The notes: generated by a model not told the origin, from the sequence alone. A stretch of DNA of 64,000 bases from Lytechinus pictus (GCF_037042905.1 NC_087257.1:3472001-3536000), one strand, 5' to 3'; shown: positions 1 to 14,039, counted from the first letter of the stretch. Made by a program: numbers and translations.

Positions 1-384
1 TTTAAAAAAATGGAGTATACTTCATGATTTTCAAAAAGTCTTCATTAAAAGTTGATGTGATCACAGAATGAGTGTTTGAAAAACAATTTGTTGAACAATC
101 AATGCATTCAGGTCAGGAGGAGTTGCTTTTTCCACACCTGCTACACTGTAGAGTGGTCAAAAATAAGTTGTTTACGTTGATTTGCAGACTCAGAGGTTGC
201 GCTAGAGAGAAGGCTGTACAGGGTATAGGGGAAAGTGAGGGGGGACTGGTTGGAGCGGGGTGGTGAGGGTGCAATGAGATGATAAAGGAGTTTGATAATG
301 GTATATGGGAGTGAAAAATGGACAGATATCAAGGTCAGCTAAAAGAGGAAGGGGGAGAGAGAGAGAGAAGGAGTGATAGTATGA

Positions 385-565
385 GTAAATGAGTGAGCGA
401 GTGAGTTAACAGGTTTGGGAGTGAGTGTGTGGGTTTGTGTGTATAAGAGAATGAGTGAGTTAACAGATTTGTGAGTGAGTGTGTATGTGTATTACAGAAT
501 GAGTGAGTGAGTTAACAGGTTTGAGAGTGAGTGTGTGGGTGTGTATGTTTATTAGAGAATGAGTG
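385..565. repeat. ~55-bp tandem repeat (gagtgagttaacaggtttg...) x3-4 next to a GA tract
   Basis: Visible direct repetition. Confidence 0.85.
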
Positions 566-2623
566 ATTTTTTTTTGCAAGATTTTCTGCATTTATTGGTA
601 TAATATACAATACAAATTTGCAATGCGTGAGACAAGAAAAAGACATAAATGCAATATAGAAAACAAAACAACTTAATGGGGAAGAAATGCAGAGGCAAAC
701 TATACAAGCAAATATATGCTTGATGCTCAGCAGTTAACAGGTATGTGAATGATTGTGTGGGTGTGGATGTATGTGCGTGAGTTTTCATGTCACATGTTTG
801 ACCCAATGACCCTCTTTGTTACTAAGACTTGTTTGTACTTATTCACCCTTATACCCATCATCCACTTAACCTCTTCATACTATGTTTTTTTTTTTAAATT
901 AGCTGCAGATGTTTCTGCCATTATATCAACTACCATTGGCATCTTGATTTTGATTTACTGATAAGCCTTGATACCATTGCAATTACCAAAATAAAACAGC
1001 TCCTCGCTTGGATGCAAATACTATAGGAGTAGCTTATTTCATAGAAAGAATAAAGTTTCAATGAAATGAATTTACTTTGCATGCTTTTCTTGTGCAAGAC
1101 TCGATGTTTCATACAGTTTCTTGCATTGTCATTATTTCAGTATTCATCTGACACCAAGATAAAGTTCACATTGCTCACTGATATAATATTTTCCCCTTTC
1201 TTAATCATTTCTCTCATTTCCTTTGTTTTTAAGATGCTAACACTGCATTCTAATGTTTCATTGTATAATTTCCATATCATTGTTTTGTTTTGTTTTTCAA
1301 ATTGGGGTTCATGTCGACATCAAGAAGCATAACTTTTCCACTTCCTGATTTTCCATGTCACCCTTTCAGTTTTTATTCCTCCAATTGTAATCGGAATGAG
1401 AGTGTCAATACTGACTGCCTCCCGTAGCGCCCATGGCAAACTCATCTGCATCACAAATGTACTTCCTTCAACAATATCACATTCAATGCTTGGATGCTAG
1501 AAATAAATGTTTCGCTGCATTCGTGGATATCCCATTACACGCCTTGGTACTTATTGAATATGTTATATCAAGATGATATTTCCCCTGAAATCTGTCACCC
1601 CTGTTGACTAGTATGTTTGGTAATGGAGAAATTTAAAAGCAACTGAAAAGGAATACAATTGATCTTTTTTTCGGGGGGGGGGGGTATCCTAGGGAGAGGG
1701 AAGGGTGTATTACATTTATGACTTGTTCACAAAATAATCAGGAAATGAAATAGAAATGTTGGCAAAATACAATGTTAAAATACACTTGTCATCCCTTTTC
1801 ACGAACAAAAACAATAATGACTTACAATATATGAACAGGAAGTTAGGTGTCATAAAAACTTGACTAGCCTAAAGCTCTTTCTATCTCAATCAGATTGAAA
1901 GTGTATGCAATGCTAGAAAATTGCAAGAAGTATTATGATGCTTCAGTTTATAGTCCCCATTATTAGAAAAGGGCACTTTTAGTTAAGAAACACTCTTGTT
2001 TTTATGGCTTCAAGGAAGCCTTTTAAAGGTATTTTTGTTGGTAGCTGTGATAATAATACTTTGCTGTATTAGGAAAATGGGGTCCATTGGGCAATGAAAC
2101 AATCATTTATTTAAAGTTGGGTTGAATAATACTAAAAGGGCCAATAAGTTCTCTGTGAGATATGGCACTTTCTTGTATCACTTATCAAGGACTCTAAATC
2201 GCTCCAAGGTAGAAAGTTAAAAGCAAATCTTGACTTTTAAAACAAATCAAGTTCAGTGTGGTCATGTGATGTTGTAGTTTGTAATTTATCAGAAGTAAAA
2301 ATATTTATTTTAATTTATGGGTATGAGAAATCTGAAATGCAGGTAAAGTCAAGAAATGACTGTCTTTATCCTCGTAGTATACTGGAAGTAGTTCTGTCAC
2401 TTGTTGTTAGCTTGCTTATTAATGCTGATCGACACTCCCATATGCCAAAAAAAGATAAATTGATCACATTTTCATTCTCATCATACTGTGGTTTATACTT
2501 AACACATACATATTTTGTTTATTTATTCCTTTTCATTTAGTTTTCAAAGTAAATTCCCGCCATTTTGTAATTGGCAATATCACCTATGAGCATATAACCC
2601 AGCAGCATTAGGTTTCATAATGC

Positions 2624-2868
2624 AGAGGTGTTGTGACTCAATGAATAAGTCTGGACTTTGACCCACAAGGTCCGGGGCTCCAATCCCATGGAACACTTGC
2701 ATCCTTATGCAAGGTGTTAATCTACATTTGCCACTCTCAACTCAGGTGTAGTAAATGGGTACTCAGTAGGAAGGAATACCTTGAATGCTCAAGCGTCTGA
2801 TCAGGGTAGCTGTGCTAAAGCTGGGGTAATAGTATGCAGCGCTTAGAAACATTTTTATTATTATTATC
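2624..2868 (+). mobile_element. tRNA-derived SINE, diverged
   Basis: Degenerate A/B boxes, central caggtgtagtaaatgggtac, (TTA)n tail; similar to other copies in the window. Confidence 0.8.
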
Positions 2869-2913
2869 ATACACAAGACAAGGAGTTTATGAGGTAAATC
2901 TATTGTTTTATAG

Positions 2914-3543
2914 TTATACGCCCGTCCTAGACGGGACGTATTATGGTAACACCCTCGGTGTCCGTCTGTCTGTCCGTCCATCTGTCCGTCCGTCTGTCTG
3001 TCCATCCGTCTATCAGTCCGTCCGTTAACTTTTCCTTGTTAACACTATAACTTCAATTTAACGTAACCTAGGCTCAGTCAACCTAGGCTTGTTGTGTATG
3101 ATACTAGCATGGATACCAGGAAGCCTATTGATTTTGAGGTCAAAAGGTCAAACGTCAAGGTCACAGTGACATATTTTCATCTTACCCTTCTGAAGTACTA
3201 GTAAACGCATTAAGGTCAGCTAAACTTAACCTAGGCTCATATAATTTGGTGTGTTTGATGCTAGCAAGGATCCCAGGAAGCCTATTGATTTTAAGGTCAA
3301 GGTCACAGTGACATGTTTTCATCTCACCCTTCTGAAATACTTGTAAACGCAATAACTTCAGTTTAACTTAACCTAGGCTCATATAATTGGGTGTGCATGA
3401 TACTAGCATGGATCCCAGGAATACTATTGATATTGAGGTCCAAAGGTCAAGTCGCCACCTTCCACTTTTCTTTTTTTGACCAATAAATCCATTTTAGGCA
3501 TTACAGGTGTGTATTATGTGCTCGCCCCAGCGACTCTCTTGTT
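2914..3543 (+). mobile_element. Non-autonomous Helentron/DINE-1-like (HINE) element
   Basis: 5' ttatacgcccgtc..gacggg hairpin, (GTCC/GTCT)n microsatellite, three ~140-160 bp internal repeats, degenerate 3' subterminal inverted repeat and short hairpin before ctctcttgtt. Confidence 0.7.
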
Positions 3544-4687
3544 TGTAGTGGAAGAAACAAGAGGAAGAAGACAAAGGAAAAAATAGGGAAACATTGTCTG
3601 AGGGTTGGAGTGGTGTATGGATTTTTGTGTCTTAGATTTCCCCAGTTTATTTTACTTCTATGTGCTAGAGAATATGCATTGCCAGAAGTGTGGTATATAT
3701 TCTACATATATCCATATATTATAGAGATTAAGGACAGCATTAAAGTCTGGAGAAATAAATGGGAAAATCCCTTCTTCCGTGTTGTGTTAAGCTAGCAGTC
3801 ATTTTGGCTCTGAGAAGTCTACAATTGTGAATATTGAGCACTACAAATTGTGGAGCACTCCCATGTGGTATTTCACATTTTGTGGTGTACTTAAAGCAAG
3901 ATAAATTGATTGTTAAAGAGCATTACTTGTAAAGCCCCACCCTGAATAAGTAACACAATTGAATGGATAAAATGTATATGAAAGACTACAAATTAAGATG
4001 GATAGATAATGGTGTATGATTAAGTTATTTAACAAAACCTTGTTGATGCGTTGGATTACAAAAAGCAACATGTCAACTAAAAAAAATACTGTTGTTTCTA
4101 TGTTATAGGGGATTATTCTTATACATGTATCAAGAATTTATTTCTTGAAAATGATAATTGACATGTGTTACGACACAACGTAATATTCTTTACACCAATA
4201 AATTAATTCTTGATATTAAGAATTCCATTACAGAAAATCAAGAATTGAATTATTAATATCAGGAAATGAGATAAAATGTTTAAACGGCTTGCCATACACT
4301 TACCAGAATGTCGACGTGTGACAGTCCCGTAGAAGTCAATTACTTTGATGAAGTGACCTAGCCAAACACTTCAGTTTTCAATTGACTGGAAGGTGTACAA
4401 GAGCTGTGGTCTAGCAGATAGAGATGTAACTATTTAGTGGAATTGATTTATGGTAATCAACTGTGTTAAAGTCATTCACTTGAGAAAGAGGGGGTGATTT
4501 ACACAAGGGAAAAAGTGTTTGCGCTTGCGTTTTTATTCGAAATTTGTTCCAGGGCATATTCTTGGGGGTCTTACCCAGTTTGTCCAAAAGTCCTGGATAC
4601 TGATGTATAACTAAATAAAATGATGATGATAAATTGATAATAATGTTATATTATAGTGTAGTTCTTAGGGCCTATGCTTGCCTTATG

Positions 4688-4862
4688 CACAGTAAAAAAA
4701 AAGCACATTGTTTAAGCTTGTCACTCTAACAGCAAGTTGTTTAAACTTTTTTGTAATTGTTTAAACTTTTAAAACAACTTGTTTAAAAAGTTTAAACAAT
4801 AGTTGGTAGAGTTATGGGCTTAAACAACATGCTTGAAATTTCAAACAGCGTGTTTACAGTGT
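4688..4862. mobile_element. Palindromic MITE (cacagtaaaa...tttacagtg)
   Basis: Terminal inverted repeats and internal gtttaaac repeats. Confidence 0.65.
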
Positions 4863-5061
4863 ATAACCAATTGTCCAAGTTAAAAATCAACCTAGCTATT
4901 ACCGAGCTTCATTTATAGGTGCTATTTTAACATTCCAAGGAATTAATCCTGTTCTTTAAAAAAGAATAACCTCTCCGTGTTTAAGGAGAGAACCATGTGG
5001 GTGAATCAATAATTGCTGAAGAAAATAAGAAGGATTTGAACCCATGACCCTCTTATATTAA

Positions 5062-5351
5062 TAATGATAATTATTGTCAGTTCTTGTATAGCGCATAACA
5101 CATTATGAATAACGTCTCTGTGCGCTTCCAAAGGACTTGGATATTATTACCCTGGTTGTAGCTCAAGCTGCTTTTATGCGCTCGGAATTTCAAGGAATAA
5201 ATTCCTGCCAGGTACCCATTCACCTCACCTGGATTGAGTGCAGCACAATGTGGATTAATTTCTTGCTGTAGGAAACTACGCTATGGCTGGGATTTGAACC
5301 CATGACCCTCTGTTTCAAAGTCCGGAGACTAATCCACTGGGCCACAACGCT
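5062..5351 (-). mobile_element. tRNA-derived SINE, near full length
   Basis: Reverse complement begins agcgttgtggcccagtgg (A box) and has gggttcaaatccc (B box); head similar to the 53200-53481 copy. Confidence 0.9.
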
Positions 5352-6309
5352 ATTAATTTTGATTTCATTTCTTCAGAAGTCAATGTTGTTAAATGCTTAA
5401 TATGAGTTTTAGTTGTTGGGAACATGACAAATCCATGTCATTTGATGGCTTTTTCGTGTGTGTTAGCCAGCAACATTTATTCATTGGAAACCAGTAAGAT
5501 ACTATCTGAATCAGAAAGAAAAATATATAATATTACTCACTCCTGCACCATGTATGAAGTCTATCATAATGGTCAGAAGAAAAGAAATCAGTGGTTACCA
5601 GATTAATTATACGCCACCCTGGTCCCTCCAGGCAAGGCAAAGTTCATTCCTCAAGCTTTTGTGAAGCCATCTTTGGAGTCACGGTGCTTTCCTAAATGAT
5701 TCTCTGATCGCTTGAGAATTCCACCACTGGGTGACTTCCAGCCTCTAAACTCAGTGCATTAGCTTCTTTCGTTTCCTCATGTAATTTTTCCTCTTTTCAA
5801 TTCGGTGGGACCCTTATGATACAACTAAGGATAAAATTTCAGATGAAATCTGTTTTGATTTGGGGAATTCTAGTATGTGATGTTGTTTGGGAGTTTTGAT
5901 TTTCTGAAATAAAAGTCTGCATTTCCTGTCATAAATGGATACACAGTTTCCCGCATCAAGGACGAAATTTGTTATTCAAGAGTTGTTATTCAAGAATGCT
6001 CTCCTGAATGTGTCAACCTTCTACTTTTGGATGTTTTTTCACAAATATTCAAGAATGACGAAAAGTTGCACTCAAGATCATAGTTTTGTGCTGTTTGAAA
6101 TGCATCATTGTTCAAATCTTGCTCAGAGGATGCACCCTTCCGCGCAATCAATGAGATTGTATGTAAAATTTATTGTTCGAGTCAGCACTAATCACTCGCT
6201 AGTTTTTACTGTGAGATGATAGCTACATGTACGTTCATACAGCGGTTAATCATTGATGATCTGGGCTCACCCTAAAATCTACCGTGATCGTCCTCACGAG
6301 ACCTTATCC

Positions 6310-6595
6310 TTAACTCTTTGCCTGCTTTGTACGACTAGAGTCTCATACAGCAGACTGCCAAGTTTGACTCAAGACATATTCTATTCACAAGACACACAAG
6401 GAGCATTAAGTCGTAAATTTCTTACACAATAGTGATGTGTGCATCGCATTGTACTGTGTACACGCAAAGCTTTTCTTTACAATAAAAGCAATTGTGAGCT
6501 GAATTAGTGTAGTCCATGCAAAACCCCTCTTCAGGTTGCACCTTGAAATTAAAGCGGTACAGGAGTGATTCTGTCCATGGCGGGCAAAGAGTTAA
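6310..6595. mobile_element. TTAA-flanked MITE (piggyBac-like); 5' fragment recurs at ~44425-44505
   Basis: ttaa|ctctttgcctgc ... gcgggcaaagag|ttaa. Confidence 0.8.
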
Positions 6596-6642
6596 TATTC
6601 AACTTGAGAACGAGATTTTGACTCGATGATTAAACCATGGAG

Positions 6643-6777
6643 CCAGGGGAGCATTTGATGAAAGGACTTGTCAGATGTTTTATCCGAAAAGTCCTGTTTT
6701 ATCTGACAGTTACCATAGCAACTGTGATTCTCAGCCAATCAAAATCAAGGGGAAAAAATGTGATGAAACGCTCCCCA
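6643..6777. mobile_element. MITE with GGGG..TTTCAT-type TIRs (Harbinger-like); relatives at ~17698-18068, 23632-23784, 37190-37492, 52281-52430, 52768-52987, 55480-55750, 63938-64000
   Basis: cagggggagcatttgatga ... tgatgaaacgctcccc; CWG-like flanks; superfamily is inferred. Confidence 0.75.
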
Positions 6778-8378
6778 AAAGAGTTCTGATGATCCCAGTA
6801 GTCCCAACTCTAGGGCACACTGGGAAATATTTTGACTTTGTTGATTCTTCTGTTCTCCTGACTCAAACTGAGAGTGGGAATCCCCCACAGCTCATGGACA
6901 GAATGCAAATTAGACCATAAGAAACCTTTTGGTCGTGAGCATTGACGTTATTAACGATTAATCAAGCATATCTTTTGATCTAGCAAAATTTGTGTTTTAC
7001 ATGTATGAATTAAATTTCTCTTGGAAGAAGAAAACAATATGATTTTTAAAAAAAAAAATCAATTTTTCAGAGTATGGCAGTCATAAAAGAAATACTCTTT
7101 AAAAACTTTGGTGGTAATAGCGACACCAGTAAGTCATTTGAGAGGACAGCTCCTTTAGGTGTAACAATTAACCATGGTGTTACTTGTATCACCAAATAGT
7201 GTCGATATAACAAACATAATACACAAATAGGCGTTAAAATGGCACTATATATTTACACTGCCGTTACATGCTCCATGTTGATCTATTCTGTTACTGTAAC
7301 AACTGGTGTAGTTTAACACTGTCACTATTTTTTTCAGTGTACAGAAAATGTACTTTCAGGTATTCATCAATCCTTTTACTTTATCTTATTTTGTCTGACA
7401 TGTCAGGCATGGTAAGGGGAGACGGTTTGACTGGAAGGGATTGATTCTCTCTCATCTGTCTTCATTTCAAATAGTTGACATTGTCTGAGAAATGTTGGGT
7501 TTATGCAACCTCTGGAAAGAAAGATTGATTGCACGAGATGGATCAGGGAAAAGGAGAGAAATACGGAAGGGAATGAAAGAATGGAGAAGGGGGACGATGA
7601 GAGTGACTGTTGTTGGGTTGGAAGTGATTTAGCTCACCCTTAGCCGTAATATTATGGAGGTTCATGGATTCAAATCCAAGCCAGGATGTTAATTTACTCT
7701 TGCAGAAGACTCTTCTATATTGTGCTGCACTCGACCCAGCACTACAATCATTTGCTTTTTAGTGGATCCCTCCATTTTTTCAGATCTATGTAATGTTTAT
7801 GATAATTTGCTTATAAAATATACTTTGTTTTGTTTTACCTATGGAAAAAATATGATATATTGTACATACCTCAATTTATATTGTTTGTATAAATTTTACT
7901 TTGCAAATGTCATTGTAATTACTTTCGACCACTTTACTTTGTTTTGTTGAAAATGAAAATAAACAGAAGTAATGGGTATCTTCTAGGATTATTTAGGTTT
8001 TGAAGCCCCTGTGTGCCAAGGGATGGTCAGAGGGTGAAAGCATGGGTAATCAGGCCCGGATACATGGGCAGTAGAATGTACAGCCGCGCCCCGTAAATTT
8101 TGAAGAAAGAAAAATGGCGCAACCAATTACCTGCAGATCAATTGCTGCTTATTAGTGAGTGATGACCTTTTTTTTGGGGGGGGGAGGGGTGCTTGTCGAA
8201 TTTTTGTGCGACGAATCACGCCCCCTGTCAAAAATAAACCCTGGATCTATACCTGGTAATGATGACAACATTGATTACATTGTAAGTATTTGTTACATAA
8301 ATACAAGCTTAACTCTTTTGTGAATGGGCAAAAAGTGGTATATTCAAACACGCTCAAATATTCAAACCAACTTATATG

Positions 8379-8876
8379 CTAAAGGGGGAGGTTCACCCTG
8401 ACAATAGGTTTATTGTAAAAACAGCTGGAAACAAAATTTAAACAGAATCTTGGTGAAGGTGAGAGGGAAATCAATCAAAGATTTTTGAAAAATTATTACG
8501 ATTTAATTTGTTTGATTTGTGACATTGTATACGAACAGCTGCCCGTTTATTATGGATTTAAGAAAATCAATGCAATGTAATTTTCTCAAAAATTGAAAAT
8601 TGGTATTTATCATGCCTGCATTGTATCAACAGACACATTTCACACCTGCTCCTAAAAGAAGAAAATTTTTAGTCATCATTAACCATGAAAACATTGAAAT
8701 TTGTGTATTCCTATTACATGACGTTTGGGGCAGCTGCTCGTACACATATCATAAACTCAGAATTCTAATAATTTCTTAATCTTTGCTAGATTTTCCTCAA
8801 ACTTCACCAATATTTTCTATCAATTTGTCAGGTATTTTTATGTCAAACTTCTCATCATGGTGATCTTTCCCTTTAA
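8379..8876. mobile_element. Kolobok-like MITE
   Basis: taaagggggaggttcaccctga ... tcatggtgatctttccctttaa, long imperfect inverted arms. Confidence 0.75.
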
Positions 8877-8922
8877 CCAGTCTGATACATGCTTAAATTA
8901 GCAACAAAGCAGCCATCTCCCA

Positions 8923-9497
8923 TTAACGGTCAAGTCCACCCCAGAAAAATGTTGATTTGAATAAATACAGAAAAATCAAACTAGCATTGCACTGAAAATT
9001 TCATCAAAATCGGATGTAAAATAAAGTTATGACATTTTTAAATTGTTGAATATTTTCACAAAACAGTGATATGCACAACTCAGTGATATGCAAATTAAAC
9101 AATCAATGATGTCCCTCACTTACTATTTCTTTTGTGTTTTTACAGATTTAACAATAAGGACCAACTTCACTGAACCATATAGAATTTAAAAATGCTAATA
9201 CCACATGTTAAGGGAGGAATACATCATTGTTTCACATGCCAATAAGGAGAAAATTAGAATATTTCATATTCTATATAATAAAATACAAAAGAATTAGTGA
9301 GTGGATGACATCATCAGTTTCCTTATTTGCATACCGACCAGGATGTGTAAACTGTTTTGTGAAATTAAGCGAAACTTTGAAATGTCATAACTTGCTTATT
9401 TTCCATGTGATTTTGATGAAATTTTCACTGTTATGCTTGTTGGATTTTTCTCTTTTTATTCAAATAAACTTTTTGTTGGGGTGAACTTGTCCTTTAA
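8923..9497. mobile_element. Kolobok-like MITE (TTAA TSD); second copy at 51163-51766
   Basis: ttaa(c)ggtcaagtccacccca ... tggggtgaacttgtcct|ttaa. Confidence 0.85.
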
Positions 9498-9959
9498 TGG
9501 TCACAATTTAGTTTGCTTTTGGAGTTGTTCCGAAGGCAATTTTGGGTTTGACCACAATATTTTTGTTGGAAAGGTCAGGTGAAAGGGTTTTCTCTCGTAG
9601 GAAATAAAAGGTTACTTGGAGAGGATTCAATCCCAAAACACTGAAATTACAGAGTGTGGCGCCATAGAGCCCCCTTGCAGTGTTTTGAAAGCATAAAAAT
9701 TGTATTTTTGTTTTCTCATTCAATCTTGTTCTGGTTGTTTTAGTAGCTCGTCTTTCTCTCCTCTCTATTTTATCTGCCCCCCTCTCTCTCTCTCACCCCC
9801 TTTCATTTGTCCTGCATGTATATATATGTACATGTTTTGAGAATATCTACTTTTCTATATTCATTTCTTTTTTGTCTCATTTCTTTCCCTCTGTCAAAAT
9901 AATATAGGTCCTTTTCTCTTTCCACCAGCCCTCCCAATCAACATTAGCTCTGTATCTGT

Positions 9960-10340
9960 TTTTTGTTCATCTTTCTCTTTCTTGCTAATCTTTCTTCTTC
10001 TTTTCTCTCTCTTTCTTATCACCTCTTTCAATTTTCCTCATTCTATTTTTTTTAATACTTTTCTGTTCCTTTTTTTATTTGTGGCTCTTTTCTTTCTCTT
10101 ATTTTGTCTCTTTTCTCTCTTATTCTGTCTCTTTTCTCTCTTATTCTGTCTCTTCCTGCTTTCTTCTTTCTTTTCATTTTCTTGTTCTTTATATCTCTTT
10201 GCATTCTGTCTCTTCCTTAGCACATATCCTTCTCTTTCCTATCATCTTATTTTCCTCTGTTTCTCAATTTCCTTCCGTTTCTCTCTCCCCTCTCATTCAT
10301 TCAATCCATCCACCCTTCCCTCCATCTTCTCTCTTCCTCT
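9960..10340. repeat. CT-rich low-complexity tract with a 21-bp unit x3
   Basis: tctcttttctctcttatt(t/c)tg repeats; explains the local ORFs. Confidence 0.85.
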
Positions 10341-12466
10341 CATATCATCGTCTGAAAGTTACTGGCCAGGAGCACACTCCTATTCCCAGAATCCCTTGTG
10401 TGCATTAATGCCCGTTCTTCTTCGCGTAGCGTTCTTCCATAATGACCCAGACATTTAGCAAATGGTCCACTATTGAATTAAAGAGGGCACATTTATCTTG
10501 CCTGTTGACCCTCTTTATGTAATTCAAAATGAATTGATTCATGGGAGCCCCTAAATCTTGATCAAATGGCATTGAAACTGAAGCAAAGACCAATGTATGT
10601 TGCATCACTCGGGTAAAGTTGTGTATCCACACTCACTAATATTTACTGGTTCAAGTTCAATTGATTTATTTTCTCTTTCAATCTTTTTACATTTACAATG
10701 TTAGTTCAATATACATATTTACAAAATATAACATTTAAATCATTTTTTTTATAATACAATAAAACCATGAAATCGAAAGGAAAGGAGACCAACTAAAAAG
10801 CAGAGCTTGTAGGGTGAATGCCCCCTTTTGCACCCAAAATGCAACACTATACACTGAAGTGTAAAATATGCAACATGCTCTTAAAAACTTATTTGTTTCA
10901 TGAAGAGATAACTGAATTTGTATCGGATGTCTCTTTTACAAGGATCCGTTTGTAGTGTGAACTTTTTGTGCCCAAGGAACCTTAAATTTTGAATTGATAA
11001 CATGTATTTCTATACTATAAATGGTGAATGCTGAATTTGGGCTTGACAATATGTGTAGAAGACAATTGTAATATTCAAAATAAATAGCTTTTCTTGTTTA
11101 GAAAACCACAGAATCTGGGGAGGATCCATTCTTATATTACATAAATTTGTAGCAAATGAGAAATGGAAGCAAAAAAATCAAGATGAAAGCTCATTTATAA
11201 TATTTTTCAAAATGATTTTGATGATGCATGACATTGGATCAAGGAAGTTTTTGGTCTCATTGGAAGGGTAATCAATTTTTCTAAAGCTATTGCATACAGG
11301 ATATCTGTATAGTAGTTACAATTGACCCACATGCTTTTGAAAATCTTTATTAAAAAACTCCCTCTCTCTCTCTTGTATATTCATATTTCTGTTGGTATTT
11401 TTTAAGTTAGATTCTAATGTATGCTTGTGGGCTATCGCTATATGGCAATATTATTGAGTGAGGGCTATCGATGGTATGGAGATGCATAAATGTCACATAA
11501 ATCACAAAACCAATCTCTCATTGTCAAGGCAAATCCTCAAGACATGCTCTAGCAAGTTGTTTTCTTATCAAGTACGCATTTGTCACGTTGTGTAGGAAGA
11601 CTTGTATATATGGCCCAAAGATGGCAATCACTCTTCTGCTGTAAGATGTAATTTTTCATGTTGGATATACGTGATTTTCCTTTTTAATTTGCTCATTTTC
11701 ACCTCTTTAATTTTAGGAAACTTGTAATATGCTCTCGGTAAAATAAAATGACATACCTCTTTCAGAGTAGTTGATATAAAATTTGACTCANNNNNNNNNN
11801 NNNNNNNNNNNNNNNNNNNNNNNNNNNNNNNNNNNNNNNNNNNNNNNNNNNNNNNNNNNNNNNNNNNNNNNNNNNNNNNNNNNNNNNNNNNNNNNNNNNN
11901 NNNNNNNNNNNNNNNNNNNNNNNNNNNNNNNNNNNNNNNNNNNNNNNNNNNNNNNNNNNNNNNNNNNNNNNNNNNNNNNNNNNNNNNNNNNNNNNNNNNN
12001 NNNNNNNNNNNNNNNNNNNNNNNNNNNNNNNNNNNNNNNNNNNNNNNNNNNNNNNNNNNNNNATGATGGTGGTTGTGGTGGTGGTGGTGATAATGATGAT
12101 GATGATATTGTTCATGGTGTTGGAGGTGAATATGATGATGATGATTGCTATAATCATAATAAGTATAACAATAGCAACCACAATAGCAATATTTTATTTC
12201 AATCAGGAAGTCATCCCCTCTCACTACCCACTGCTTTTAAATTCATAATTTCCCTCATAACTTAATGCTTTCCATGGTGAAATCAATATCTTGTATGCGG
12301 TAGAAACGGACAAGAAATGCTGAAGCATTTCCATGTTTGATACAATGTTTGATTTACGCACCTATCAAATACACCTGTTATGTGTGTGTACTCATCATAC
12401 ATTGATATATAAACACGGCCACACCTGTTCTCAACTTTGCTGTGTGTGAAAAGAGCCATATTCTAT

Positions 12467-12889
12467 AGACGTATTCAGACCGCCTAGATTTGATAAAGAA
12501 CGCCAGGTATTCTCTGATTTGGAGATCTACCTGGATCTACCTCGATAAGAAAATAGCAGGTATTTTTGACTGTGTGAAAGCATGATACTTGTAGTTTGCC
12601 TGAGGAAAATACCTGCTGAATAGGAGGTACTAGCGGAAATTACAAGAACATTAACAGGGATATTTCCATGTCATGGATATTTTGGCAGTAAGTTACTAAA
12701 ACTTTCTCAACCCAGCGAGAAGTTTGGTTCGAGCGCCATGGACTTGCTCATTTCATCAGACCATACTGCGCAAGAACTTACCCTGAAAGGGGCTACTTCA
12801 GGCCGGTGTGAATGCGAAAAATAATTATCGGGAACAACTTCTTGTGATTTAGTTGGTACCGTGGTGATCCAGTTGGTCTGAATACAGCT
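12467..12889. mobile_element. TIR element, diverged relative of 41012-41486
   Basis: gtattcagacc ... ggtctgaatac; shared internal tcagaccatactgcgca and cggtgtgaatgc. Confidence 0.7.
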
Positions 12890-13706
12890 GAAAATGAAAA
12901 GGACTTTGAAACCTAGTTAACTCTTTTCACCCAACATTTGTAAAATGCAGATAAACAATTCACACCTGTAGTGTGTTAATCCTGCGTATCATTGTATTTG
13001 AACTTGAAATCAAATATTTGAATTCTATGGAGTCTTTAGATTTACTCTGATATTGTAGAAAGTGATTGATTCCAGAAATATTCCAAACACACATTGTTGC
13101 ATTGGCTTGTTTTACGACAGGTGCAACAGTGAGTAGTTCTCTTATATTATATGAAAAAGTAATTTTGCCATAGTTTTTATTTCCATCGAAACCAATTACC
13201 AGTAACGAACTGACTACTATTAATGAATTCACATATACTTTTTGCACGGGCCACTGGTTCTAGTAGGCAATGACTTAACTGTATCTATTTGACCTATTAT
13301 TTCTATGTACATGTATAACAGCTTAAGAAATATGATGTGGAAGAGGTTCATCGTGGTGAAGGATTGAGTAGAAATACTTTATGACATCTGATTGTTTGCT
13401 GGAAGTGGATGGTTGCTGTGCTAAGCCACAATGGAATTTATTTACAGAATTCAGAAGTCAACAGGTACATTAGGTGTGCCATGGACCGGTACGGGCCCGT
13501 TACTGGTCATAGGTTCTCAGCCCTGCTGACCCTAACAGTAGATGACAGGTTAATATCCTGCTGGTTCCTTCATTTTTGTGACCTCTTTTTTTTCAAATTG
13601 AACATACAATCAAATTTACTTAGTGATAGCAAATGTGTCTTTACATTGTCCAACTTCTCAAGCAAGACTTAATCATAATCTTTTCCTAACTGTATCATTC
13701 CTCCAG

Positions 13707-13834
13707 GAAAATCACTGTTTAAGAATCAAGATCTTGGGTGACTGCTACTACTGCGTTTCAGGGTTACCTGACCCAAGGCCTGACCATGGACACTGTTGTG
13801 TGGAGATGGGATTGGACATGATAGAAGCAATATC
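13707..13834 (+). CDS. ADCY5: AC exon A (128 nt, C1a): [43 protein letters not shown]
   Basis: ctccag| acceptor, |gtaagt donor; contains the second metal-binding Asp (GDCY). Confidence 0.97.
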
Positions 13835-14039
13835 GTAAGTAGACCCCTCCTACGTTCTTTTCTTTTCCCATTAGGTACCTTACTAAAATGCAGAGCTGCA
13901 TATGTCCTGTAAAAAGACAGGAAGTGTCTTTCCATCTGAAATCCTTACATTTCATCCTAAAAATCAATGGGTGTACAGGAAAGACACAGCAAAACACATT
14001 TGCAGGAATACTCCAGAAAAGGCACTTTGTTGCTTTTTT

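Noticed and set aside
9982-10458. Hydrophobic ORFs here and at 31015-31713, 24557-24958, 37928-38371
   Set aside because: Products of CT/GA low-complexity tracts.
11628-12265. Long ORFs across N-runs (also 40093-40684 and 54643-55490)
   Set aside because: Artefacts of assembly gaps; only 54599-54721 is real coding sequence.
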